A stretch of DNA of 64,000 nt from Octopus vulgaris (Eukaryota). A program made the translations under genes and the position numbers. The stretch spans positions 154,752,001-154,816,000 of the forward strand of contig OX597815.1 in NCBI GenBank assembly GCA_951406725.2. Reading direction: 5' to 3'. Below, piece after piece: positions 41,376 to 53,709 of this stretch; the stretch's first letter is position 1, and the number at the start of each line of letters is the position of its first letter. A model generated the notes under the pieces. It was given only the letters and a program-made list of their open reading frames with translations, did no database searches and was not told the DNA's origin.

Positions 41376-42472
41376 TATTAATCTATCATCATCATCATCA
41401 TCATCATCATCTTTGTAATTTATTATAGGGAATGGACATCACAGCCGAAGATTCAGTGGAGAAGAAATTTTGTCCAAGAATGGAAACATTTCGCATCATT
41501 TTCCCAACAGAAGAACGTGAAAACTATCTAAACATTGTTCTCTTAACTTACAGCTTAACTGCAATATTTATTCCAATGGAAAGATGGCCACCGACCACAT
41601 TATAAAGATGTGTACGATATCAATGATTTGTGAAATTTAGTGGCAGGTGGTTGATATCTCTTTCTACCATTGCAGTCAGTAATTTTGAAAGATTAATGCA
41701 GACCGATGACAATACAGAGGTCGAACGATGACGTTTTTAAGATCAGGATTAACGTCAGAATCTTTAACAATATCAGTATCACAAAGGATAAATTTGACTC
41801 AATAACAACAGTAGCTGACTGTCTACTTGATCTTTCCTTCTCGTGATATTGTCTGCACAAATTAAAACAAAGATGACTTTGCCTTCATGTCACTGATTTT
41901 TTCATTTACCTGTTTTGTTTAATTAGACTGAAAAGGAAGTCGAAGTATATAAATCTTAGAGGCATTTAACACCGAAATCTGTTTCCAAAAGCGTGGGCAA
42001 TGCCTGAAACGCAAAGGCTTTATGTCAGTCTTGTGATATTAGGTGAGGCTATCGAGATCATCCTAGAGCAAGAAGGTTCTATTTTTGAGAAACAGGGCGT
42101 TGTACTACAATTCAACTTGACGTAGGTTATTAATGAATGGTCGTTGGTGAGGCGGACAACGCCACAGTTGTATTTAATCCTTGCGATACCAATGATATAA
42201 ACCAATGCAAGTGATGGAAACCAATTAGGGTAGTGGATAGACATGGAGTAATAGTGTATCGAAATATTTTTACTCTGTGGGATGAAGTTAAAATATTAGA
42301 GAACACGACAGGAAAATACAAGCAACTAAAAGAAGGCAGCACATATGCTAGGACACAACAACCTCCTAAGCAGACTGAGTGCACATAAAAGCAGCATATG
42401 GGAACCGGTATTAAGTAAGAATAGAAAAATATTAGATTTATAAGCCCTAAAATTCACTCCTTAATTACCCAC

Positions 42473-42705
42473 GGACATATGGCTTAGTGGTTAAGAGCGA
42501 GGGCTACTAACCCCAAGTATTCCGAGTTCGATGCCAAGCAGCAATAATAATAATAATGAAAATAATAACATCGAAAAATACCTTCGAAATTTTCCCAAGA
42601 CACCGGGAGGGTGCTTCAGCCGAAACGTTGTGTTAACAGCAAACAAGATCACAAATATCCGTCGAATGTAAATAATATGCATAATTCCTCATCTCTTAAA
42701 TATAG
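42473..42705 (+). mobile_element. tRNA-like head joined to a repeat carrying the 3' half of a hammerhead
   Basis: TGGCTTAGTGGTTAAGAGCG...GAGTTCGATGCC head, then (AAT)n, then ACAC...CAGCC GAAAC GTT GTGT at 42600-42633. Confidence 0.55.
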
Positions 42706-43021
42706 TGTAGTAATATACTCTATTCTACAATTTGACTGCGAGCTTCCTTATCCAGCTTTTAACGGTTCAGCAATAAGTACAAAGGTGTATCTTTTAGTCC
42801 GGTATAATCCTTCTACAGAATACTGCTTCTGTAGTGATCTGTTACACAAGGCAGTTATTGGCAACGTTCTTCACTATCTCGGAATCGCAATTGTAGCTTT
42901 GAATTTCTACAGTATTTGTTGTTTCTATGTCAACTTAGAACAACAACGCGTTAAAGATATCGGTTTTACCACCAACAGTGACTTTGATTCTGTAATTACC
43001 TAAAATATATTTTCTGTTACT

Positions 43022-43290
43022 TGGAGGTGCAATGGTCCAGTGGTTAGGGCAGCAGACTCGCGGTCGTAGCATCGCAGTTTCGATTCCCAGACCTGACGTT
43101 ATGAGTATTTAGTGAGCGAAAACACCTAAAACTCCACGAGGCTTCGGCAGGGGCTGATGGCGATCCCTGCTGTATTCTTTCGCCACAACTTTCTCTCACT
43201 CTTTCTTCTATTGGCCTGCTCGCTTAGCCTGCGAGGTGGCGTCATTTGAAGGCTAAAACAATGCGAAGTGCATTGTGACCATGTCGGTCA
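43022..43290 (+). mobile_element. SINE family D variant
   Basis: The first ~190 bp are homologous to 21495-21680. The 3' part differs. Confidence 0.85.
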
Positions 43291-44583
43291 CGGTGATATT
43301 GTTTTAATTGCATGGTCTTATATGCTATTTGAGCTACTAAACTGTCTTCACATTGCACCTCTAAATCTTCAGCGTGTAGTATTTGCTAGGGTTACGTGTA
43401 GGTATGATGTTGACCGGGTAACTACAAGATATGAATACTGGACGAGTTTACTTGCTGTAAATAACGTTTAACCACAGAATTATGTGTAAGCCTGAGAAGG
43501 TTTACTATGTATGTGTATGTTCTTCAAATAATTTTTCTGAAATATGATATCCATTATCATGTATTAGAGTTCAAATCTGAAAACGTTTTCATGATATCTT
43601 TGATGGCATTCTTTGAATGAACATATTCATTTTCCTTAATTGATCTTATTCTCTGTGCACTCTCATCTTCTCGCCCATTTACTACAGCTAATATGACAAG
43701 AAAACCACGTTATCTGTCAACTTCAAGTTAAGGTTGATTATTCATCAGTAGGAGATAATTGACATTACATCAAATCTGACAAAACACTCACATGCAAAGT
43801 TAAAGAAAGTCCACAAATAAGCTTCCCTCCAGCTACTAGATTTGCATTCAGCTTTTCTCACATCTTATTAGTATAACTGCCATTGCTCTTTTATTAGCGA
43901 TATTGGCTGCAATTTTAATGGTTCAGGAATGAGATTATTTTGAATTTAAGTGAAATTTGTACGTCACATTTTCTTTCGCCAATTCAAATATTTGAATGTG
44001 ATATTCATAAAACTAATCTAATCAATATTTAACCATACTATTTTTAATGGTTTTAAGGATTTATGTAATATCTGTAGTTATGTAGTTATGTAGAGGTTTC
44101 AACTAAAGATCAGGAATTGAATACTCACACAAAGCGCATCAGAAGGATTTCTTTATTATAGCATCGCTGCCATTTTAAAGAAAGGATTATGTTGACTATA
44201 TATAAATACTCCCATAATATCAACGGGTATTGAAATGGTATGTTATATCAGGCATAATTTATGGAAGAAAACGCATTGGAAATGATGGACAGATTTTCTA
44301 TATTGTTATGGCATAAGGTCAGTATGTAACAAAATCTTCATAGCCTTTGGAAAAAATCCTTTAAGTAAGAAGTGATGCTCCTTATAACTTAAGTGTAAAT
44401 AAAACGAGGTAATAAAATATGTAACATTCGATTCGATTGATAAAATCTTTCTAACAAACGTGTGGACTTGTAAAACATTGCACAAAAATTGTAGGAACAC
44501 GCTCACATACACGCACACACACAAACAGACACACACGCGCGCGCGCACGCACACACACATATTTGTATGTATATATGTGTGCA

Positions 44584-44948
44584 TTATTACATCCGCCTTC
44601 GCTAAAGCGGAGGTATTGTTTTCAATCGTGTTTGATTGTTTATTTGTTTTTCCGTGGACAAGATAACACAAGAGCAGCTGAATACATTCTAATGTTTGGC
44701 TTCGTGACTGGCACGATTTATTGGATTTTGGGATCGATCATGTTCCAGAGAAGGATCGTGGATTATTTTTCCTGCTTTTTTTTTTACTTACATTTTAAGA
44801 GTGGTAGGTTTCATTTTTAGTATTTTCGTTTGTGACAGCAGTCAAGTGTATTTCAGATATTTTCATTTAAAAAATAATCTCTGGTTAACCGTTGAGATGA
44901 CGTTGGTGTTGCCTTGGCGGAGGTTTGCGCTCTCTGAGTGCACCTGTT
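44584..44948 (+). mobile_element. Helentron-associated non-autonomous element (HINE/DINE-1-like)
   Basis: Subterminal inverted repeats ACATCCGCC / GGCGGAGGT, a 5' palindrome TCCGCCTT..AAAGCGGA, a (TGTT)-like tract and a 3' hairpin GCGCTCTCTGAGTGC. Confidence 0.7.
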
Positions 44949-45044
44949 GTGTCTGTGTTTGTCCCACCCATCACCGATTCATAACTGGTGGTGGTCTGTT
45001 TACGTCTTCGTTTCTTCTTTTTTTGTTTTTTCTTTTACATGTTT

Positions 45045-45219
45045 CCCTCATTGCTGGATCATCGCCTTAAAGGGTTTTAGTCGACGAAGTTGACCCCAGG
45101 ACTTATTCTTTCTAATCCTAGTATTTATTCTATCTCTTTTGTCGAATCGCTAATTTTCGCGTACATAAACACACCGGTATCGGTTGAAAAGCGATGGCGA
45201 CTGGACAAACACACGCATG

Positions 45220-45285
<66 letters not shown>

Positions 45286-45572
45286 GCGAGATATTTAGGT
45301 TATAAGAGGTAATGGTATCAATGACCCAAAGGTGTCAGGTAATGCTGAATAAGTGCTATAGACAGACCAAAGTTAAGTTCCAGGTTCAGTGATTTTGCGA
45401 ATAAGGGGTTCAACGTTGGTCATATGTCAGCGTGTGTATATAAGAATTTTTTGCATAATGAGATAAAAAAACCAACGATGCTATAGTAGAAAACACTTGT
45501 CGAAGGTGCCATACAGTGGCACTGAATCCGGAATCGTGTGATTAGGAAGCAAGCCACTTATCACACAGCCAC
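45045..45572 (-). mobile_element. SINE family A in two pieces (45045-45225 and 45478-45572) split by an unrelated insert
   Basis: Both pieces match 2405-2748. About 190 bp of other sequence follows the internal (CA)n(TA)n tract. Confidence 0.7.
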
Positions 45573-47211
45573 AAACAGACATACAGAGAGATAGTTAGAT
45601 GGATATCCGCCGGTTTCGAAGACCATCGATCACTTCTTCAAAAATGTGAATTATTTGCTCATTGAATTGGCGTGTAAATAAATGAAGATTTCGCAGACAC
45701 GTGAATCCATAGTCCACTTCTCACGAATAATCAGTCTGAGGCAGTAAGAGATAAGGTTGCGTTTTTGAATTATAGATACGCAGTGTTTACTTGGGGTGAT
45801 ATTAATACAAAAAGTAACAATGATACTTCTATAGAAATTCCTAAATTTCGTTTGGAGAGAAATTTTCAATGTTTATCTTTGAATAGTCATTGTTTAGTAC
45901 AAATCATATTTAAGAAAAATCCTTGTTCGTCAACATCGACATCCTGACGACCCTTTTCATTGCTGCGTATCAGTTTCAAGCAATCATATTGCGAAAGACC
46001 ATGCGAATAAATGGAAGTGACACTGCATCTGAACAGTCCATAACACTGCCGCTGGATCTTATCTTACGGTAAGACTCTTCCAGCCTGCTGAGAAGATTTT
46101 AATTGCTATCACATATATTTACTTCTATTTCTGTTGTGATAAGCAATGGTTGTTAAAACAAATATGGCTATGATTTTTTTTAGCATTGTCAGTACCGCAT
46201 TTGGGAGACGTGAGCGGTTTAATAATATCGTGTATGATCTTTTATTTGCTTGGAAGTCATTTTCCAAAGATACTTCACTTTAATACGTAGCAAGCACAGC
46301 AGATAAATACAAACCCAAACACTATGACAAAAGTTGATGGGAAAGAAAATAAGTGAAAGCAAAATTAAAGAATAAATGTTGAGAAACGATGTTGATGGTA
46401 CGTATATACTAAGTTTTAAATAGAAGAGGAGATGATCGGAAAGTGATGAACGACAGCTGGTGCCCAGGTGTCAAATACAGTTTTTAATACATAAATAGCA
46501 AAATCTTGTTAGTAACAAAGTTTCAAATAGTTGAAATGATATTGTGTCAGTGATCTATTGATATTTCCGTGACGGAAATTTTGACACTTCAAGAAATATA
46601 TGAAAGTGAATTTAAATAGTCGTTTTGTTTGTTTGTTCTCAGGGAGAATGTCTCGTCGAAGATGTACTTATTTCCATTTCAATACATGGTTTCTTATGAA
46701 GTGGCTTGGCTGACAAGTACACTTGATATTAGTCATTTACAGTTTACTTGTTATAGTCATGACACCGAGGCCATGCTGAGGCACCCCTTTGAATGCTTTA
46801 TTCAACCAAATTAACCTCACTACTTAGTTTTTAAAGCCTAACCTCATGCCAATTTAACCATTTTTTTTACGAGCCGCTATGTCACGGGTTGTCAGATGGT
46901 AAAACAGAAATACAAATACTGAGATACACATATACACATGCACATATATACGACCGATTTTCGCATAGTTTCCATTAACGAAATTTACTTCAAAGACATT
47001 GTTATAATACACATGTGCGTATCTTCTGAAGAGAGATCGAACTGTTGTAAACCACAACAGAATTCAAGACAATTTCATATATCTGTGCAAAATCAATAAT
47101 TATTTACATATGTTTACTTGTTACAGTGGAACGATATAAAATTTAGGTTAATTTAAAAAATTTTATATCAGATTTTTAAAAAATACAGGCTGATTAGTCA
47201 TAAAATATCTG

Positions 47212-47303
<92 letters not shown>

Positions 47304-47304
<1 letters not shown>

Positions 47305-47804
47305 CTATATATATAAAACTTGTGTGAGTGTCTGTCCCCTTCGATTTAGATTCCTAACTCCTCCCACATTTTGCGGTGCAGTTTAACCAAATTCGGGTAT
47401 CTTATAGTCGTGATTCATATCGAGCCCGTCTGACTATTAGCGCGCGTCAACGATGAGTCTACGATTTTAAAAATAATTTAACATCCTTTTTCATTCCATT
47501 TTAATGCATAAAATGCATCGTGTGTCGATGGCGGCGGAGTTGGCGTCCACGCTCACAGCTGCACCTGTTTGCTTCTCCCCCTTCCCTCCCTCGTGAAGCT
47601 GTGGGGAAGGGAGTGTAAAGAAATCAACGTCGTAATGCGTTGTGAAGGAAACCAGCGTTCTTTTAGAACAACGACTTCATGGCTTGAAGACACCAAAACA
47701 AAAATGGCTAAGAAAGCCCGAATTTATAAGGGAAGTAACTCTCTAAAAATGCTTATATAGTTATTTCCCTTACAAACCCGAGCAACGCCGGGCGATACTG
47801 CTAG
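47304..47804 (+). mobile_element. Complete non-autonomous Helitron
   Basis: A|TC start, hairpin CCCG-AGCAACGC-CGGG, CTAG|T end, no TSD, inserted in (TA)n. Confidence 0.88.
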
Positions 47805-47874
<70 letters not shown>

Positions 47875-47878
47875 TAAA

Positions 47879-48092
47879 GCGACAAGTGGCAGAATCGTTA
47901 GCACGCCGGCAAAATGCTTCGTGTCATTTCGTCTGTCTTCGCGTTTTGAGTTCAAAATTCTACTGAGCTCGACTTTTCCTTTCACCCTGTTGTTAAGATT
48001 GATTAAATAAGTACCAGTTGAGTACTGGGTTCATTGTAATCGACTTGAACACCACCACCAATATATTGCTGGATTTCCGCTAAAATTTGAAA
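47879..48092 (+). mobile_element. SINE family C, diverged
   Basis: Homologous to 12730-12962. Confidence 0.75.
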
Positions 48093-48105
48093 CCAGCTTA
48101 GCTAT

Positions 48106-48149
<44 letters not shown>

Positions 48150-50015
48150 ATCTCATTATCTGTCTATATATGTTACATATATATACACGGACACACATAT
48201 ATAGAGAGAAAGTGAGGAGAAAATGGCTGCCAGAACATATCGTACTGAAGAAAACATATTGTACTGAAGAAAGAAACTGATTTTTTCCCATTGCCTCTCA
48301 ATAAGCATAATACAAGTTATTTCAACAAAACATGTGCAGTCTTGCTATTGTGTATCACCAAGCTTAGTTTTACAACTCTTAACATATCTTTATGAAACTT
48401 TGATATTCCAGCTGCTTTTTCAACAGACATGCATGTAGCAAAACCAGCGTACTGGCAGTTTGGTTCCTATATTATCATTTAGTTTCGTTCGTGTGCATAT
48501 CTTTCTGTATTTCGTTCTTCAAAATGAAGTAGATTATATACATTGCATGCGTGACATGATTATATCTAGTCACGCAATGTTTTCTAGAAGATATCATATG
48601 TTATGTATCACAATGCGTAACATTATGTAGTGCACTAACACTTTTCTATAATTTTTCGTAGCCTGTAGACAAGGAAAACTTGACGCGTTATGCTATGATT
48701 TTCTAAGCATTATAAATTCTTCTTGTTGATTTAATTTTTCTTTACATTGAACGATGATGCAGAAGACTCGTTTACACGATCTAATCTTTAACTAATGCTA
48801 AGTAAGTCATTGGACATATTCATCCCATGATCATGCAACTCCGTTACGTCCCTAAACATAAACAGCACTGTAGTTAAATTTGCAATCTCTTTAAAAAGTA
48901 GCAGCTTTATAACATCTCACAATATTTCTAGGCGAAAGAACAGTTATAGTTTTTTTCCCATATCTGCAGTGATATATTGAAAGCTTGATTTTTTTTCAGC
49001 GACAAAAAACAACTTTATCCCAAGTCATTTACAGATTCTCAAAGAAAGCTCAAATGTAATTCTCGTTAGTGAATTATTCATGCATTTCGAACTGCATAGA
49101 TGCAGAATAACCAAACATTACATAGCATAAGATCGATCGCCAAATACTCACCATATACATCTCATATACATTTATTCACAACGATAAATGAATAAAAATA
49201 ATAGTTTAAAACAATTGATAACCAGGACCTGGCTTAGACGACATGGCTAAACTGCATGAGTGGTAACACATGAATCAGCGACATTATTAAATGAAAATAC
49301 TTGTTTTATGCATATATAGAGGACAGAAGAACATCTAAAGTAAGCTTAATGTAGATAACCCATAGTTTATCATCTCTGCTCCACAGAAACTAAATAGATG
49401 TGAAATAAATTTTGTCATTCATTTCATAGGCAGAAAAACAACGATTGCTGAAAGATTCTCTTTATGGTTTGAAGCTTAGGGCTTCTATCAACCATGAAAC
49501 GAATTACGTAGATCCTGGTTTACATTTGTTTATGAAGCGGTTATTCTCAAATTCTCTTTCTGCGTAATGAATGAAAGGTAATTAACCCCTGAATAAATAC
49601 CACCAACACCATACAGTCACTTTACAATTATAATATCACAGAATATATCGACCTGCCTACTACACATGAACCTAAATATTCTTTTATCCTGATTTTCATG
49701 CACTATTTTATATATTTGTAGTGCTCCAACGTTTCTGAATACTTCTATACTCGCAACACTTGACAGAATTTTATAAAAGTCATAAAAACTACATATAATC
49801 ACCGCAAACATACAATAGTTAGCATTTAAACAATACATTAAACACGTCATGAACTATGCGTCTGTTACCTGGTATATCAGTATTTACTCAAAGAGGCACA
49901 ACAAACAAATTAATACAAATTTAACCTTTGCATCCTACATGCTGCCCACAAGTTATATGCACAGAATGTTGCTCAAAACCAATGAAGATGCTGAAAATAA
50001 GGTTGTACTTTGATA

Positions 50016-50465
50016 TCTCTCTATATATAAACGGCAGTTTGTCTGTCTGTGCATCTGTGTGTCTGTCAGGTTGTACCCTCACCCTGACCACGGCTTTCAA
50101 CTGATTCTGATGAAACTTGACACACACATAGCCCAATGTCATAATTCAAAAGTTTGAAAAGTTCCCCCAGTTCTGAAAAAATCGATAAATTCGACATGGT
50201 GTCGAGAATCTAAGCTTTTTATGTGCAACACATTTTCTGGGCTGTACGTAGGCTGTTCACGCGTTGGGAGGCGCAATGATGTTTTCATGTTTTCGCCCAA
50301 AGGGACAGCTAGGAACATCGTATACACAGAAGTATTCGAGTGAAGAGAAGACATTGCAACCTACACATGCGCCTTCGTTCCCTAGAGGGAAAGGACTAGA
50401 TTGGGATTAGTCGTTGCCTACTAGGGGCTCTTACATACCCGGGCAATGCCGGGCTATGCTGCTAG
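50016..50465 (+). mobile_element. Complete non-autonomous Helitron
   Basis: A|TCTCTCTATATATAAA start with (GTCT)n, hairpin CCCGG-GCAATG-CCGGG, CTAG|T end. Confidence 0.88.
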
Positions 50466-51747
50466 TATACAGATGCAGATTGAAGCAGTAGGATAATTAA
50501 CTCCCCAAAATTTCTCATATTAAACACGGCAATATGTATCCAAAGACCCTCAGAGAGTTTAATAAGTCTGCTAGAAATTGATACCAAATCTTTCTAAAAT
50601 CATGTGGTACAGATTTCGAAAAGAAGAACATTCTGAACAATATAGTCTTAGGGATACAAAAAGATGGGATAATTACTGCTGGAAGTCATAGCCTTGAAGA
50701 TCAGGACTGCCATGTGGCTAAACAATATGACCAATGCATCAAAATACATCTTCAACACACCAGAAAACAACCTCTACCATACTATCCTAAAAGATTGTGA
50801 TTCTCTCTGTCTTTCTTTCTCTCACTCTTAGCTCTCATTGTCTGTCTGTCTGTCTCTGTTTTTCTCTCATGTTTTTTCACTTCAGCTCCCTTTCCTCGGG
50901 GAGGAAAAGGGCAACCTCAAACAAACAAAAAGGGAATTTTCATTAATAATTATTTTATACTTCGAGGTATACACTCAATTGCAAATATCTTAAGTTTTGT
51001 AGCCTACAAGAAACAGAGAGAGAGGGAGTGTGTGTGTGTGTGTGTGTGTAAACTATTTATCTTCAAAGGTTGCGACGCAAGTTTCAAAGTCCAATGACAA
51101 ATTCTCCTTCAGCCTCTTCATGACAAAAACAAGACGCACGATGAAGGAGCTTGTTGTACTCACTCATTCTGCTAGAAATAATAACTAGATCAACGCAAAA
51201 CCTAACCCAATGTCTATTGAGCAGAACTAATAATTGAACCAGTGATATTCTCTCCTCATTATGGGTAATTTCAATTAATTAATATGTTTGGTTCTCTACA
51301 TATGTTAATATGTTAGCGTTGGTGTAACAAGCAATAATCGAAACCGATTGCGGCCCAACTAATAATTTAGTGGAAAATTAATTTAAATTCTCAATACATT
51401 CTTTTAATATTAAGAATTCAATAAATTTTCACTATTTAAAGGAAATGATCGATCACCTTTTCTGGTGTGTTATATTTAATGTTGCGTTTAAAATTCGTGC
51501 TTTAGAGGTAACTTTTTTTCTTCCCCTGAAACAGCCTTACAACAGTTCTAAATTACAAATACGTGATTGAAATACTTTTATAGCATGATGATATAAAACT
51601 AAAAACGAAAATGCGATCTATTAGACTTATTGATTTATAATAAAGATTTCGTGAATTCACTTGGTAAGAGATTTAGTCAACAGAGTCGGCCTCATCTCAT
51701 ACGACCTAGATAGTTTACCGGAGAAATAAAAATAAAAATGAAGTTCC

Positions 51748-51907
51748 GAGGGAGGGGCTGTGTGGTAAGTAGCTTGCTTACCAACCACACGTTTCCGGGT
51801 TCATTCCCACTGCATGGCACCTTGTTCAAGTGTCTTCTACTTTAGCGTCGGGCCAACCAAAGCCTTGTAAATGGATTTGGTAGACGGAAACTGAAAGAAG
51901 ACAGTCA

Positions 51908-51910
<3 letters not shown>
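51748..51910 (+). mobile_element. SINE family A, 5' half (3' half at 53195-53410)
   Basis: Head GGCTGTGTGGTAAGTAGCTTGC...GACGGAAACTGAAAGAAG runs into (TA)n. Confidence 0.9.
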
Positions 51911-51974
<64 letters not shown>

Positions 51975-52210
51975 TAATGCAATACGAGAGTATTGCTTTC
52001 CAATAAAGAATAGCCCGTGAGGGAAAATTATACATAGAAGTAAATATATGGCACAACGAAGTACCGATATTTACTGGAAAATAGCGTACGTAATAAATAC
52101 GACGCTAATGTATAGCTTCACCGTACTAGCAAAAATGCGTGTGTGTAACAAACTTGAAAAAAATTGTCTTACCTCCAGGGAGAACATCTGAAAGATGAAA
52201 TACCTAGAAA

Positions 52211-52295
52211 GGGATAATGTGGGACCGGTTTCAGATTTTTCAAGACATGTCTGCACACACATACTTGATTTATCTACATCAGCCATCATATACCG
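52211..52295 (-). ncRNA. Hammerhead ribozyme copy with a core substitution (CUGAUGU)
   Basis: Reverse complement of 52834-52918 with A9 changed to U in the catalytic core. Confidence 0.75.
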
Positions 52296-52833
52296 ACAAC
52301 ATTTCAGATGTTGCCACATCAATGCTAATACACTCGACTGAAACGCCAAAACGCTGACAGAACGAGAACAGTGAAGAAGTTTCAATAAAAATAGTAATGC
52401 AATACGAGAGTATTGCTTTCCAGTAAAGAATAGCCCGTGAGGGAAAATTATACATAGAAGTAAATATATGGCACCGGTCCCACATTATCCCTTTCTAGGT
52501 ATTTCATCATTCAGATGTTCTCCCTGGAGGTAAGACAATTTTTTTCAAGTTGGTTGCACACACGCATTTTTGCTAGTACATAGGCGGTGAAGCTATACAT
52601 TAGCGTCGTATTTATTACGTTCGCTATTTTCCAGTAAATATCGGTACTTCGTTGTGCCATATATTTACTTCTATGTATAATTTTCCCTCACGGGCTATTC
52701 TTTACTGGAAAGCAATACTCTCGTATTGCATTACTATTTTTATTGAAACTTCTTCACTGTTCTCGTTCTGTCAGCGTTTTGGCGTTTCAGTCGAGTGTAT
52801 TCGCTTTGATGTGGCAACATCTGAAATGTTGTC

Positions 52834-52918
52834 GGGTATATGTTGGCTGATGAAGATAAATCAAGTATATGTGTGCAGACATATCTTGAAAAATCTGAAA
52901 CCGGTCCCACATTATCCC
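52834..52918 (+). ncRNA. Type I hammerhead ribozyme with a long stem II
   Basis: Stem I GGGUAUAUGUUGG / CCACAUUAUCCC (imperfect). CUGAUGA at 52847-52853. Stem II AGAU-aaa-UCAAG-u-AUAUGU / ACAUAU-CUUGA-aaa-AUCU. GAAA at 52897-52900. Palindromic stem III ACCGGU. GUC triplet at 52904-52906. Confidence 0.88.
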
Positions 52919-53102
52919 TTTCTAGGTATTTCATCTTTCAGATGTTCTCCCTGGAGGTAAGACAATTTATTTCAAGTTTGTTGCACATACGCATTTTTGC
53001 TAGTACATACGTGGTGAAGCTATACATTAGCGTCGTATTTATTACGTTCGCTATTTTCCAGTAAATATCGGTACTTCGTTGTGCCATATATTTACTTCTA
53101 TG

Positions 53103-53186
<84 letters not shown>

Positions 53187-53194
53187 TATACATG

Positions 53195-53410
53195 TATGTG
53201 TGTGTGTTTATATGTTTGTGGTTGTCCCCCAACATCGCTTGACAACCGATGCTGTTGTGTTTACGTGCCCGTAACTTAGCGGTTCTGCAAAAGAGACCGA
53301 TAGAATAAGTACTAGGCTTACAAAGAATAAGTCCTGGGGCCGATTTGCTCGACTAAAGGCGGTGCTCCAGCATGGCCACAGTCAAATGACTGAAACAAGT
53401 AAAATAGAGT
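53195..53410 (+). mobile_element. SINE family A, 3' half
   Basis: GTCCCCCAACATCGCTTGACAACCGATG...GGCGGTGCTCCAGCATGGCCACAGTCAAATGACTGAAACAAGTAAAA. Confidence 0.9.
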
Positions 53411-53709
53411 AAAAGAGAGGGTGTATGATCTAAATACCTAAAGACATTAAGGGCATTAATTAATTGAAGCCAAACGTTAAACAATATTTGCCACACAACT
53501 ACCCATAATGCAAAGTGTAGTGTCAAATTGTGTAATATCGATTTAGTAAGTGAGGCTGCAATATCAGTTATTGACATTTGACTTTGAAGGCAAAGTAGCC
53601 GGTGGTGAGATTGAATTCTCGGAATTACGTAATTTCAATAACACCACTTCAAATTTCCCAAAATTGAAGTATCTGTATGTGTGTGTATTTATGTGTGTGT
53701 GTGTGTAAT

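Larger units (their letters stand above)
51969..53105. mobile_element. Hammerhead-bearing tandem plus inverted array of a 420-427-bp unit (Penelope pseudo-LTR / retrozyme-like)
   Basis: The left arm 51969-52473 repeats with period 420 (ATAGTAATGC at 51971 and 52391). The right arm 52474-53105 is the inverse orientation with period 427 (CCGGTC at 52474 and 52901). One HHR per unit. No credible ORF. Confidence 0.9.

Noticed and set aside
41940-42400. Possible GIY-YIG/PLE ORF remnant (also 18700-19000, 21900-22400, 35000-35570 and 55280-55740)
   Set aside because: These look like decayed coding DNA, but I could not read diagnostic motifs. A frameshift-aware HMM search is needed.
51969-53105. 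CRISPR-like array or conserved small-protein operon (repeated [10 protein letters not shown] ORFs)
   Set aside because: There are no short repeats with unique spacers and no cas genes. The repeated peptides simply reflect the tandem/inverted DNA unit.
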